A stretch of DNA of 64,000 nt from Octopus bimaculoides (Eukaryota), in contig NC_069000.1 in the NCBI RefSeq assembly GCF_001194135.2, positions 10,907,803 to 10,971,802 of the forward strand, given 5' to 3'. The notes below the pieces were generated by a model, which saw nothing but the letters and a program-made list of their open reading frames with translations, did no database searches and had not been told where the DNA came from. The position numbers and the translations under genes are program-made. The stretch's first letter is position 1, and every line of letters starts with the position of its first letter. Below, piece by piece: positions 14,345 to 26,219 of this stretch.

Positions 14345-14461
14345 CTAGCAAGCGGTGCCTCATATCAGCGAGTGGGAGCCGGTGCGTATTGATGCCGTTG
14401 TGAGGTAGGCCCTGAAACGGTGTGTGCGCATCCTCTTCCGATGACCCGATACACTTGCTGG
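14345..14461 (+). ncRNA. Candidate structured RNA / pre-miRNA-like long hairpin
   Basis: Hand-folded 17-bp core stem (14381-14399 with 14416-14432, one 2-nt bulge, 16-nt loop) plus an 8-bp closing helix (ctagcaag/cttgctgg). It has 58% GC and 9 CpG in 117 nt within an AT-rich, CpG-poor region. G-U pairs favour the + strand. Confidence 0.45.
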
Positions 14462-14590
14462 CTTCTGGTATGCAGAGCTTTCAACTAGTAGCACTTGCAT
14501 GTGCAAGTTGTTTGCAAAGCATCACAAATACCAGTCAACTGCTGGGGGGGGGGGGGCTAAGGTAATCAACTAATTATCATTATTATCATT

Positions 14591-14747
14591 AAGGTGGCAA
14601 GCCAGAGTTCAAATTCTGCTGAGGTTGATTTTGTCTTTCATCCTTTCGGGGTCGATAAAATAAGTACCAGTACCATGGGTCGATATAATCAACTAGTCCC
14701 ATCCCCCAAAAATTTCAGGCCTTGTGCCTTTAGTAGAAAGAATTATT
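14591..14747 (+). mobile_element. tRNA-derived SINE family B (tail type B2)
   Basis: B-box GAGTTCAAATTC, core gtctttcatcctttcggggtcgataaaataagtaccag, tail aaatttcaggccttgtgcctttagtagaaag. Related copies lie at about 1108-1260, 12635-12712, 21745-22095 (-) and 27678-27870. Confidence 0.8.
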
Positions 14748-14749
14748 GT

Positions 14750-14790
<41 letters not shown>

Positions 14791-14989
14791 TACATTTTTG
14801 GAATTGACATGCTCTGGTTTATAATGAGGAAGGGAAATTTAATTCTTATTCAATGCTAATGTTACAAGAGAGAAAAGGAAGATGAAAAAACAAATGTCAA
14901 AACTACCTAAAAGGATCACCTACCCCCGACGCCCCACCCTACTTGTTCCAAGTTGTTTGCACCAACCTTTGACTTCTGCTGACATAGCA

Positions 14990-15028
<39 letters not shown>

Positions 15029-15568
15029 GGCAGCATACCCGTTTCTCCTCTTCTTCATCTTTGTTTTTTTTTTCTTTCGTTTCATAAAATCACCATGTTT
15101 TAGCAAATTATTAAGAATTATATATATGTGTGTGTTGCAAATTCTCTGATCTGTTTGTTTTTTTTAGCATTAATGGGTTAATAAACAAATAAATAAATAC
15201 ACACACACATAATATATATTAATTTTTATTGGTATATAAAAGTCGTTCAATGAATCAAATTGTATCTTCTCTTCCCCCCCCCTTTTTTTTGTTGGTGATG
15301 TTTTTAGTATTAGTAGCTTGATGNNNNNNNNNNNNNNNNNNNNNNNNNNNNNNNNNNNNNNNNNNNNNNNNNNNNNNNNNNNNNNNNNNNNNNNNNNNNN
15401 NNNNNNNNNNNNNNNNNNNAAAAAAAAAAAAAAAATACCAAAAGCAAAAAATTAAAAAAAAGAACTGGTTTTACATCATCTGTGTTTTTAAGTGTTAGTA
15501 TTCATGAGCAGCAACTTTAATCTGTTACAAGAAAGTGTATTTGTATGTGTGTGTGTGTGAGTATATGC

Positions 15569-15619
<51 letters not shown>

Positions 15620-16227
15620 TATATAACTATATGCCTGCGCATCCATCCATACACATACACACACACACACGTGTACACACATCTGTGTGTGTGTGTGTGT
15701 GTAATAAAATATTACTTTGGAAGGAAAAACTGCAAATATAATGGCCTCCGTTTGATGTTTTAATGCATTGTTGATGACATTAACACTATATAAATCTACC
15801 TGCAGCTCTCGTATATTTTACTTGTGGTCGCTACTAGAAATAATAGTAATAGTAATAATAATAATAATGATGATAATAATAATGATAATAATAATAACAA
15901 AGCTAAAAATCGAAGTTGTTTAAATCATAATTCTTCCCTTCGTTTCTGTATGTCTCGGTAGTTAGCTAAACATCGTTACGTATGTTGTATTACTATTGCG
16001 TTTTCTTCGCTGTTGGATGACAAACCCTTGATGTCCCTAGGTCTGAAGACCAAGAAAATGTCCCTATGTTTTGTTTTTTTATTATATTATGGGGGAGGTT
16101 CTTTACAAGGAAAGAGTTGTTTTGTTTCCCCCCCCCCTCTTCTATAAATAAAAAAAAAATATATCTTTACACCTATATGACAATACGATGCGTTTGTATA
16201 TGTTGATCGTAATGGAGAGTAAAGTGC

Positions 16228-16670
16228 CAAGCTGGCAGGATCGGTAGATTGCTGGACCAAATGTTTAGTGACATTTCTTCTGGCTTTATATTTTGAGTTC
16301 AAATTCTACCAAGGTCGACTTTGCCTTTCATCCTTTCAGGGTCGACGAAATAAGTACCAGTTGAGGACTGGGGTTGATGGAGTGGTAAGTAGCTTGCTTA
16401 CCAACCACATGGTTCCAGGTTCAGTCCCACTGTGTGACACCTTGGGCAAGTGTCTTCTACTATAGCCTTGGGCTGACCAAAGCCTTGGGAGTGGATTTGG
16501 TAGACGGAAACTGAAAGAAGCCCATCGTATATATGTATATGTATGTGTGTCTGTGTCTGTGTTTGTCCCCCAACATCGCTTCACAACCAATGCTGGTGTG
16601 TTTACGTCCCTGTAACTTAGCGGTTCGGCAGAAGAGACCGATAGAATAAGTACTAAGCTTACAAAGAATA
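16228..16670 (+). mobile_element. SINE family B head fused to a family A body
   Basis: B sequence (gagttcaaattc...gcctttcatcc...gtaccag) runs to about 16378, followed directly by A sequence (gagtggtaagtagcttgcttacc...) up to the gap. Confidence 0.8.
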
Positions 16671-19600
16671 NNNNNNNNNNNNNNNNNNNNNNNNNNNNNN
16701 NNNNNNNNNNNNNNNNNNNNNNNNNNNNNNNNNNNNNNNNNNNNNNNNNNNNNNNNNNNNNNNNNNNNNNNNNNNNNNNNNNNNNNNNNNNNNNNNNNNN
16801 NNNNNNNNNNNNNNNNNNNNNNNNNNNNNNNNNNNNNNNNNNNNNNNNNNNNNNNNNNNNNNNNNNNNNNNNNNNNNNNNNNNNNNNNNNNNNNNNNNNN
16901 NNNNNNNNNNNNNNNNNNNNNNNNNNNNNNNNNNNNNNNNNNNNNNNNNNNNNNNNNNNNNNNNNNNNNNNNNNNNNNNNNNNNNNNNNNNNNNNNNNNN
17001 NNNNNNNNNNNNNNNNNNNNNNNNNNNNNNNNNNNNNNNTATATATATCAGATTGGAGCCTGGTGTAGGCATCTGGTTCACCAGTCCTCAGTCAAATTGT
17101 CCAACCCATGCTAGCGTGGAAAGCGGACGTTAAATGATGATTATGATGTCTAATGCGTTCTTATTTTAAGAGAATATAAAGTAATCTGAGGGGTCTTTGG
17201 CTGCTATTTTGTTAGTAGATCAGCTGACTGTTTAGAGGCACCCCCCCCCCATTGGTTTTTGTTACATAAGTAACGTACGTGTGTTTGTGTGACTACTTTC
17301 GTTTCAACAAAGAGCTGTCATCAGAATGCAAAACATTCAGCAGATAAAACGAAGGGGTGAGGTAGCTAAAAATAAACCAGATCCTAGTTTTGTTGATTGT
17401 ATTGTTTTACCAACTTTATCTCATTGATGATGTGATTTCTAATAATAACAACAATAGACTTTGAGATGGTAAGTTCTTCAGATATTTCTGGCATTGCTTA
17501 GGACTCAAAAAGTTGTGGGCTTTTTTTTTTTTTCTTTTTCTTTCTCCAATCTTCAGAAATTCATGAAACATCAAACATCAGTCAGCTTTTTGTTGTTGAA
17601 TCATTTGTGTGGGAGTGACTTCTTTATATTTACATACGCATAGATTATGAACTGAATCATCATCATCACCAGCATCGTTAATGTAATTATTCCATTTTCT
17701 GCCACGCTTTCAACCATTCCAAGTTTGCATAATCGAGGATCTTTCTTGCTGTCGTAAAAACAAATCTTAAAATTCTTTCGTAACTTCGAAGTAGTTTTAA
17801 ATCAATATTGATAAATATGGTTTCGTAATCTCTTCATAGCAGAGAGGGAAGTTAGCTTGTTTATTGCTGACATAATCTTTTGGATCAGGATTGGCGCTGG
17901 TGATACAACATCAGCTTAATGTCGCATATATATATATATGTATGTGTTGTAGGTATGAAACATTAGAACACAATATGTCTCAATAGTTTCCAGTCTTTAA
18001 TCAGACCACTTTCTCAGAATCTTAACTTAAGATTTTGTTGCCAAATATAAACTTTCCATTTTTTATTTTAAATTTTATTTTTTATTAAAACATTTTTGCA
18101 TTTATTATCCATGCTAGACTTAGGAAAAGCCACTGATATTCTTCTTTTAATATACACACATGAGATAAAGATTAATTCTATTCAATGTGGTTTGTGTACA
18201 TGTGTGCGTGTGCGTGTGTGTGTGAGAGAGAGAGAGAGATAGTGATGGGCAGACAGACGTAAATAGTATATTATGGAAATGTACTGTAACACTCATATCT
18301 TCAGCCTTCCACTTGAACGAGATATTACATAGTGGTTGACTAAACAGCAGTAATCATACATATATATATTCCAGTGTATTTATGTTGCATGTTACCATTA
18401 AAGTGTTGTCAAATTGCAAATTACTAAGAGGATCTTAATGCATACAGCCAGTCTGTCTTCATTCCATGTACATATATATGTATGTGTGTATACATATATG
18501 TATATGTTTTCATATATATATGTATGTATATATATTTGTGTGTGTATTTGTATATATATATATATATATATATATAAATGGTTTGTATGTACGTGCACAC
18601 ACAAATGTATATGTTCTCACACACACAGCAAATGTACATATTCACACACGCAAACTGCATATACACACATATTCACATATTGGTATACAGCCTCATAGAC
18701 ACACCGTTTTAATAAGATTAAGGTGAAATGCTACCACTGTTATCAACAAGAAGAGTTTGCGACGATTGTAGATGTGTATTTAATATAATCACATCAACAG
18801 GAAATGATTACATAAATGTAATTATGGCAACAGCTCAGTAAGATCTGTTGCGATAGGGAGTTCACGGCGCTGACCTATTGTCGTGATGAAGTAAAAACAC
18901 AAAACAGATTAAGCACCCACCTTAGCCATCGTCTAACCAAAAGTCAGTTCACCATCTTCTTATTAATATGAATATCAAAAGGACAACTGTGAACTAATTC
19001 TTGTATAACTTATTTACTTCACGTTAATGTTTGCCATTAACAGAATTTCGATTACTGTGGAGTCTAGTCTTCTCTCTACTATATGTTTTCCAGCTGTGCC
19101 TTAATAATCATAAAAGCTAGTTAGTTATTAGTTCGACAGACAAACCAATAAAACAGCTATGATCGAAATTGACTTCCGTGCTGCTGCACAAGATGAAATA
19201 AATGTCCCCGTTGCTAGATATTATTCGCCTGCAATCCAGTCGGTCATTGGCAGAGGAAACCATTGCTAGGATGAACCAGCAGGGGTTCAAAGGAAAGTGA
19301 TACACCCAAGTGGTTTCCTGTTGCTTTCTCAGAAATCATTTCAGGGATATGAGCACAACATTTGTAAACTAAAAAAAAAACATCATTTTTTTTTTTTCAG
19401 TCAAGGAACAGTTTAGACAATGAGCTATAGAAGATTGCTTGAGCTGGCTGGGCCACACACTTCAAGTGTTCCACAGACATCAATTGCCAATGAAATGGGT
19501 TCAAGATGAACTGACAGTAGTAGATTGAGCAAAACCGTTGATTGGTCAACTGTCAATGGGGCAATTATTGTGTAATCCTGTTCTCAGCAGCAACAGGATT

Positions 19601-20204
19601 TAGTAGAGTAATTCTCATTGCATGATGCAGAATGTGGGCCTTTGTCACACATGCACACACATACACACACTATATTTACTTATCTGTAAGTCATGCTCAT
19701 AATTCCGTGTTAAATTGTGGTACATATTTTCTTCCTTTCGTATTATATTCCTTGTTGAAAAAGTGGTAGCTCAGCCCCCTCCCCCCAAATTTCGGGCCTT
19801 GTGCCTAGAATAGAAAATATGTGTGTGTGTATATAATATATATATATATAATTTTGTTAACAGTAACATGAATTTTGCTAGGTCAAAGCTTATAAACTAT
19901 AGCCATCACTTGCAAGCAAGTATGACTTTGTAGTGTGTACCCTGCTTTCACTGACTGTTTTAGATGATGTTATTGCAAGCAGATAGACACCCTCTTGGTT
20001 CAAGTGGAACTGCCGGGATGTGTCTGCTGGAAGGGGGTGAGTGTTTCATCAGTACTTGTCTGGTACTGAATTGAGACTATAACCAACATCAAATGAGGTG
20101 TCCTACTTCAAGGATACAGTATGCTGCTCAGTCCAGGGATCGAACCTGGAACCTTATGATCATGAGTCTGACACTCTAACCACTAAACCACAAGCCTCTC
20201 TCTA

Positions 20205-20263
<59 letters not shown>

Positions 20264-21569
20264 AACAGAGTTAAAAATTTAAAACACATTCATTCTTTTC
20301 CAAAGAAAATATTCACACATTTAGAGAAAAGCTGAACATTAGAAGCATCAGTTGTGGCGTGCAAGAGAGACGATNNNNNNNNNNCTGAGTGGTTGGCGTT
20401 AGGAAGGGCATCCAGCTGTAGAAACTCTGCCAAATCAGACTGGAGCCTGGTGTTGCCATCCGGTTTCACCAGTCCTCAGTCAAATCGTCCAACCCATGCT
20501 AGCATGGAAAGCGGACGTTAAACGATGATGATGATGATGATGATGATGATTCCTTTTGAAGTACCACTCAAAACAGCTAGTTTTAAAGACTTGATTAAAT
20601 GTTGGTGACATTCATGTACATCTGATCACAAAGTAGATGCTAAAGATAATAATAATTGGTGCCTTAAAATTATTCCGCAGTAAATATAGGCCACAGGTAT
20701 ATATTATAGATAATATAAATGTAACATTGGTTTCCCTTCAGCACAGCTAACTTATAACTATCCAACTGTAAGATTTATCTGGTCCGTATAATAAACTTTA
20801 GCAATCCATTTCAGATAAAAGCAGTTATGGGGAGATAAAATAAACAAAAGCCAAAAAAAAAAAAAAAGATCTGATTGAAACAGTAAGTCTTCTGGTCACT
20901 CATCATCATCACCATCATCAATGGACAGATCATCATCAATGGTTGTTTATTTGATTGTGACATGATAGTGTACAAATGAGTATCCAGCAACCATGTTTAA
21001 TACTTATAACACAAACAGAAAACATAAGAGATGTCCCAGTTACCAGTTAATGACTGCAAATTGTTGTGTGTGTGTATGTATGTGTGTTGTTGTCGTTGTT
21101 GTTTATTTTGCTTGTTTGTTTTATCTGTGAAAGTAGATGGATTCCTGTTGCTTTTCATTTAATTTGTGTCGACTTAGCTTCAATCAGATGAATACGTTGC
21201 CTGTATGTGTGGGCATATTATAAGTCAGTGATAAGTGTGCACCTGTATGTATGTATGTATTTATGTATGTCTATATACACACACGTGTAACTATGCATAC
21301 ATAAATGCACACACAAGTGTATTTGTGTATGTGTGCATCTGTGTATATATGTCTGTTTAGACACACATGTATGTATATGTAATTACCAATATTATTTCTA
21401 ATTAGTTATCTAAAATACATCTTTAATATTGTTGCAATGTCTATCTATCTATACTGGTTGGAACGTGTTAGGCTTCAGAGAGAGAGAGAGAGAGAGAGAG
21501 AATAGTCTAAGATGATACACACACATGTACACAGATTAGTTACCATAGCACTGTATATAATAGAAGTTG

Positions 21570-21735
21570 AAAACAGTCTTGGTGAGTTTGCATTTAATGA
21601 GATCTGTGTCCTGGCTTCTTTTCAATGGTCTTCTGACTGATCCATGTCCTTCATATATCAAACTGCCATCCATAACGTATAGTGAGGATCTGTAACAAGA
21701 CCTTGGTTGAAAAATTAATGATGTCCAGGGCAAAA
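21570..21735 (-). mobile_element. Possible highly decayed LINE reverse transcriptase fragment
   Basis: The minus strand gives IINFSTKVLLQILTIR and, frameshifted, LKRSQDTDLI. These loosely resemble RT motifs ISLLSxxSKILxxIL and GFRxGRSTxD. Confidence 0.3.
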
Positions 21736-22726
21736 ATTATAATAATAATAATAATCTTTTCTACTAAAGGCACAAAGGCCTGAAATTTCTGGGGAGGGGA
21801 CTAATCGATGACATTGATTCCAGTGTTTCACTGGTACTTAATTTATCAACCCCAAAAGGATCATGATGATAATAATAATAATAATAATAATAATTCTTTC
21901 TGATTTTTTAGCACAAGGTTAGTGATTTTAGGAGAGGGTTTAAGTTGATTACATCGACCCCAGTGTTCAACTGGTGTTTATTTTATCACCCCTGAAAGGA
22001 TGAAGGACAACGTTTGAACTCAGGACTTAAAGATCTGGAAGAGATGTTGCAGCACTTGTTCAAGACTCTAACAATTCTGCCAACTTGCCACCTTGACAGA
22101 CTGATAAATACCACCATCCCTTTTTAACACTCAAATCCAGAACCCGTATATTTTAATTATCTGACTTTTTGGTTTTGTTTGAAGTGGGGTTTGGGTTTTT
22201 TCTCATCCAGAACCCTTCAGCCTTGTTTGCAAATCATGAGATTGTATATTTTCTTTCTGGGATTGTATCTTTTCTATTGATATCTCCACAGACTTTTAGA
22301 ACCCATCTCATCTTTGATTAGATCAAACTACTGCGCCTGTTTGTCCATTGCATCTGTCTCCAACCTTAACTTTACTCCCCGTTCCATTACTTTTTACTTA
22401 AACAAGACACCCAACTTTCTAGGATGTCAGAACTGGCACAGAGGGACAAGGAACGCTTTGCTAGTTTTTTGCTTTACTTCTTCTTTCCAACTTCAAATTC
22501 AACCAGGATTGATTTGGGCCATTCAGCAATCCTGAGGAGATCTATAACATGAATAAAATATATAATGCTTGCAAAACAATTCGAGCGAATCAGCTGCAAT
22601 CTCACTTTCTTGCACTTGAACTTACAAAGCCAAAATAGAGCATCAGAATGATGTAGATGCCTCTGATAAGAACCTATGTAAGTTTCCAAAAATTGATCAA
22701 GGTTGTTTGTTGGTTTTTCTTTTATA

Positions 22727-22891
22727 GGCATAGGAGTGGATGTGTGGTAAGTAGCTTGCTTACCAACCACATGGTTCCGGGTTCAGTCCCACTGTGTGGC
22801 ACCTTAGGCAAGTGTCTTCTATTATAGCCTCGGGCCGACCAAAGCCTTGTGAGTGGATTTGGTAGATGGAAACTGAAAGAAGCCCGTCGTA

Positions 22892-22895
<4 letters not shown>
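22727..22895 (+). mobile_element. SINE family A, 5' half
   Basis: Head through gaagcccgtcg(TA)n. Confidence 0.85.
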
Positions 22896-22934
<39 letters not shown>

Positions 22935-24047
22935 CTCCAGCCATCACTATCCTACTAGTACTTTTGTTTTTCAGACATAGTGTACTAGAGCTACAATCTC
23001 TAATGTGTCCCTTTTTTAGGGGCCTTTAAGCGGCCGAGGAGATAAGTCTGGTTTCGGTCTTACTGGAGCTCCTCAGCGAAGCATAGCCTTCACTGCACTT
23101 TACCAAAATAGAGATGAGATTGATCACGAGGTAAATGTACAATAATGCACATTTGTAGGCGTAAAAGAGAGAGAGAGAGAGAGAAAAGAAAAGAAAAGAA
23201 AAGAATGTCGACGCATTCAGAGAAATTATTCTTAGACGCTATCCGCACATGAAGAAGAAGAAGAAAAAGAAGAAAGGAAAAAAGAATTAAGTGTTGAATT
23301 AGTGTTAACATATTTTAATGCAGGGAGCATGTTAACTAGAAATAGTTAATGGATAGAGGTAAAATAATAATAATAATAATAATAGTAATAATAATAATAA
23401 TTGTAGTAGTCGTTTGAACAACATTATTTTTTTGTGTTTTCTTCGGCAAGTCCGGGAGAGCAGAGTAAACCTCGTTATCATTAAGTTCTTTCGATATAAA
23501 AAGTAATATTTTCGTACAAATCTCATGGCATAGTTATGGTGTCAGTTCAGTTTATGGCAGCGATCGCCACCAGGGAGGTAGGTACATGACGAAGTCGTGA
23601 TTTTTAAATGGAATTTATTTTGATATATACATATATATACTCGAAGAACAAACTATTAATGTATTGATAAAACATTATTTTCCTTTTTATTCCTTATCAC
23701 TCCCTGTTCTACATGTTGAGTAAGTTTTTTATTCGTATTTCGATTATTGTTTTTTCTTTTTTTTTTAAAGAAGTTCTGCTGTGTCGAGATTTTCAAACGA
23801 AATGTACGTTTACCGTTTCATTCATAGCCCTCTAAATGGTTGGGACTGATTGATAAACTGCGCCCTATTAGATTGTTCCTTAACAGAATTTAGTTTCGTT
23901 TCTTATCGGTTCTTTTTAAACAAACACTCGATTTTTACTATTCGTTCTTCTGGGGGGAGCTCTGTAAAAATATAATGCTGGTAACTATTGTTTAGCCTCA
24001 AATCGGCCATATGATCGAAGACGTCACAACCGTAAACATCCCATCTT

Positions 24048-24335
24048 TATTTCAACGTAGTGTACCTAGGACTACATTATTCCGATGTGTGCTTCCTGTT
24101 TTTGTAAGATTTTTTTATGTGAGATTTGACTGCTATTTCTAGCACTCAGAACGACAGCATAGAGTTTCTCCACCACACATATGACTCGTTCGTATTGGTG
24201 ATCTATTTCAACATAGTGTGTTAGGACTACACTATTCTGGTGTAGGTTGTTTTGTTTTGTTTTGGTGTGGTTTTTGTTTTTAAAAATGATTTTATATGAG
24301 ATGTGACTTATTTCTAGCACGTCGAACGGACAACT
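24048..24335. repeat. Diverged two-copy tandem duplication, unit about 156 bp
   Basis: tatttcaacRtagtgt..taggactaca at 24048 and 24204; tgagat.tgact..tatttctagcac occurs in both units. Confidence 0.75.
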
Positions 24336-26183
24336 TACTCATATACACACTCACACAAATACACATTTCCTAACTCGCTGGTTCGATATATGAGTACTGG
24401 CAATATAATAATCAATCGATTCTAAACATCACCCGTAATATATATATATATAAAGAGAGAGAGAGTGTGTGTGCGTGTGTGTGAGTGAGAGAATGAGATA
24501 AATATTGACTTTGTTCTCGATCAAAAGGAAATTATCAATAAACTTCGTAACTCTTACGTGATCAAAATTAGGTATCTTCGCATTTATCGGTGAAGGCAGG
24601 AAAACTAACGGAATAAACAAATAAATTACGTAACAAGATAGACATTCGAATGAAGTTTTCTTGTTAGTATATTGTGTTTTGCTGTATTTTATTTTAAATA
24701 AAGTAATGTTACTCCGGGATAAATATGTGAAGAAAAAGTGAAGCGATTGCGCCGTATCCCCCACATACACACTTTTGGTACTTCTCGAACCAAGGAGGGA
24801 GCTTCTAACGCAGTCGCTCAGCGTGTTAGAAATGGCAGCCAGATTCTCCTCGTCGCGAAATCACTACTGTCTTAGATAAAGAAGAACCAACACTAGATGA
24901 TGACGATAATAATAATAATAATAATTAATAATAATAATAACGTTTATAGTCCCGTCATAAATAGTGTGTCTGTGACGGGATGGTAACGACCGGGACGCCT
25001 TTTTGAACATACGACAGCTCCGCCGATCAGAGCCCGACTTAGTGGCTAAAACAGCTCTTGTTCTGATCTGCACCACCACCACCACCTTTTTCCTCTATTA
25101 AGACATCTTAGATCTTCCACCACCTCACCATTCTACTCCTGACGCTGGAACTTTATTAAGTGTCTGGTGAGTCTGAGGAGGAATCCGTGTAGTGTTTGGG
25201 ATAATAAATATTTTTTCACCATTAACTCTGTCTAAAGCAGCAGCTATTTATTTCTCAAACGGATTTCGTGTTCACGTTGACGTAATAGTCACCCAGAGAG
25301 AAGAGACTGGAGTAGGCAAAAGCAATGAGAAGGTTGTTTGCAGGCTCGATAACTTTGTTTAAATAAGTAAATAGTTGACCTAGTTAATCAGTAGATGTGT
25401 ATATATGTGTGTGTATACTTACATATATATATGTGTCTGTGTGTGTGTGTGTGCGCTCATACAGCGAAGCGCCGGCTGGGAAGTCTCCTTACGTGGATAC
25501 GTAGCTCTGCTTTACTAGAAATAGCAGCTGAAGAAGAAATAAAAGAGGAAACATTGTACTATACGGTGCTAGGAAACGAAGGGAAGATACGCTATGTCCG
25601 AAAGAAAAATAGTGAAAGACGGCAATAGCTGTTACTGGAACGCCTTTTGATCATAAGGTCTTTTCGATCGTGTTTTACGCCTGGGGCTATACAACGGCAA
25701 CGGAGCGAAAACGAAACTGTAAATACAGAAGGTCGTTATTTAGTGATTAATTTTCGAGTTTACTTTGAAGTTTATTTTGTACTCGGCTGTCTGTGTGTGT
25801 GTGAGTAAATATGTATGTGTATACATACACAGCGTTTGCTCATGTAATGTTAATGTTGTTTTATATGTTATGTATGTATAATAAATATATCCGCTCCACT
25901 TTTAAGGAAAATTCCAGCCGAAGTTAAGTCGTAATTATTACTGGCGGCATAGTCTGGAACTATGATATATATATATATATATATANNNNNNNNNNNNNNN
26001 NNNNNNNNNNNNNNNNNNNNNNNNNNNNNNNNNNNNNNNNNNNNNNNNNNNNNNNNNNNNNNNNNNNNNNNNNNNNNNNNNNNNNNNNNNNNNNNNNNNN
26101 NNNNNNNNNNNNNNNNNNNNNNNNNNNNNNNNNNNNNNNNNNNNNNNNNNNNNNNNNNNNNNNNNNNNNNNNNNNNNNNNNNN

Positions 26184-26219
<36 letters not shown>

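Noticed and set aside
17690-17925. Minus-strand stretch with moderately long open frames
   Set aside because: Stops interrupt all frames and no motif is recognisable.
19094-19368. Unique sequence with acceptor-like sites on both strands and short ORFs
   Set aside because: All frames close within about 40-60 codons and no protein is recognisable.
22292-22677. Possible 386-nt + strand exon (ctccacag|...|GTAAGT)
   Set aside because: Splice signals only, with no frame open throughout. It could be a lncRNA exon but cannot be supported from sequence alone.
23332-23526. 64-aa minus-strand ORF resembling a type II membrane anchor (basic N-terminus plus poly-Leu), with gccATG context
   Set aside because: The poly-Leu comes from a (TTA)n microsatellite, there is no usable splice donor before the stop, and I see no homology.
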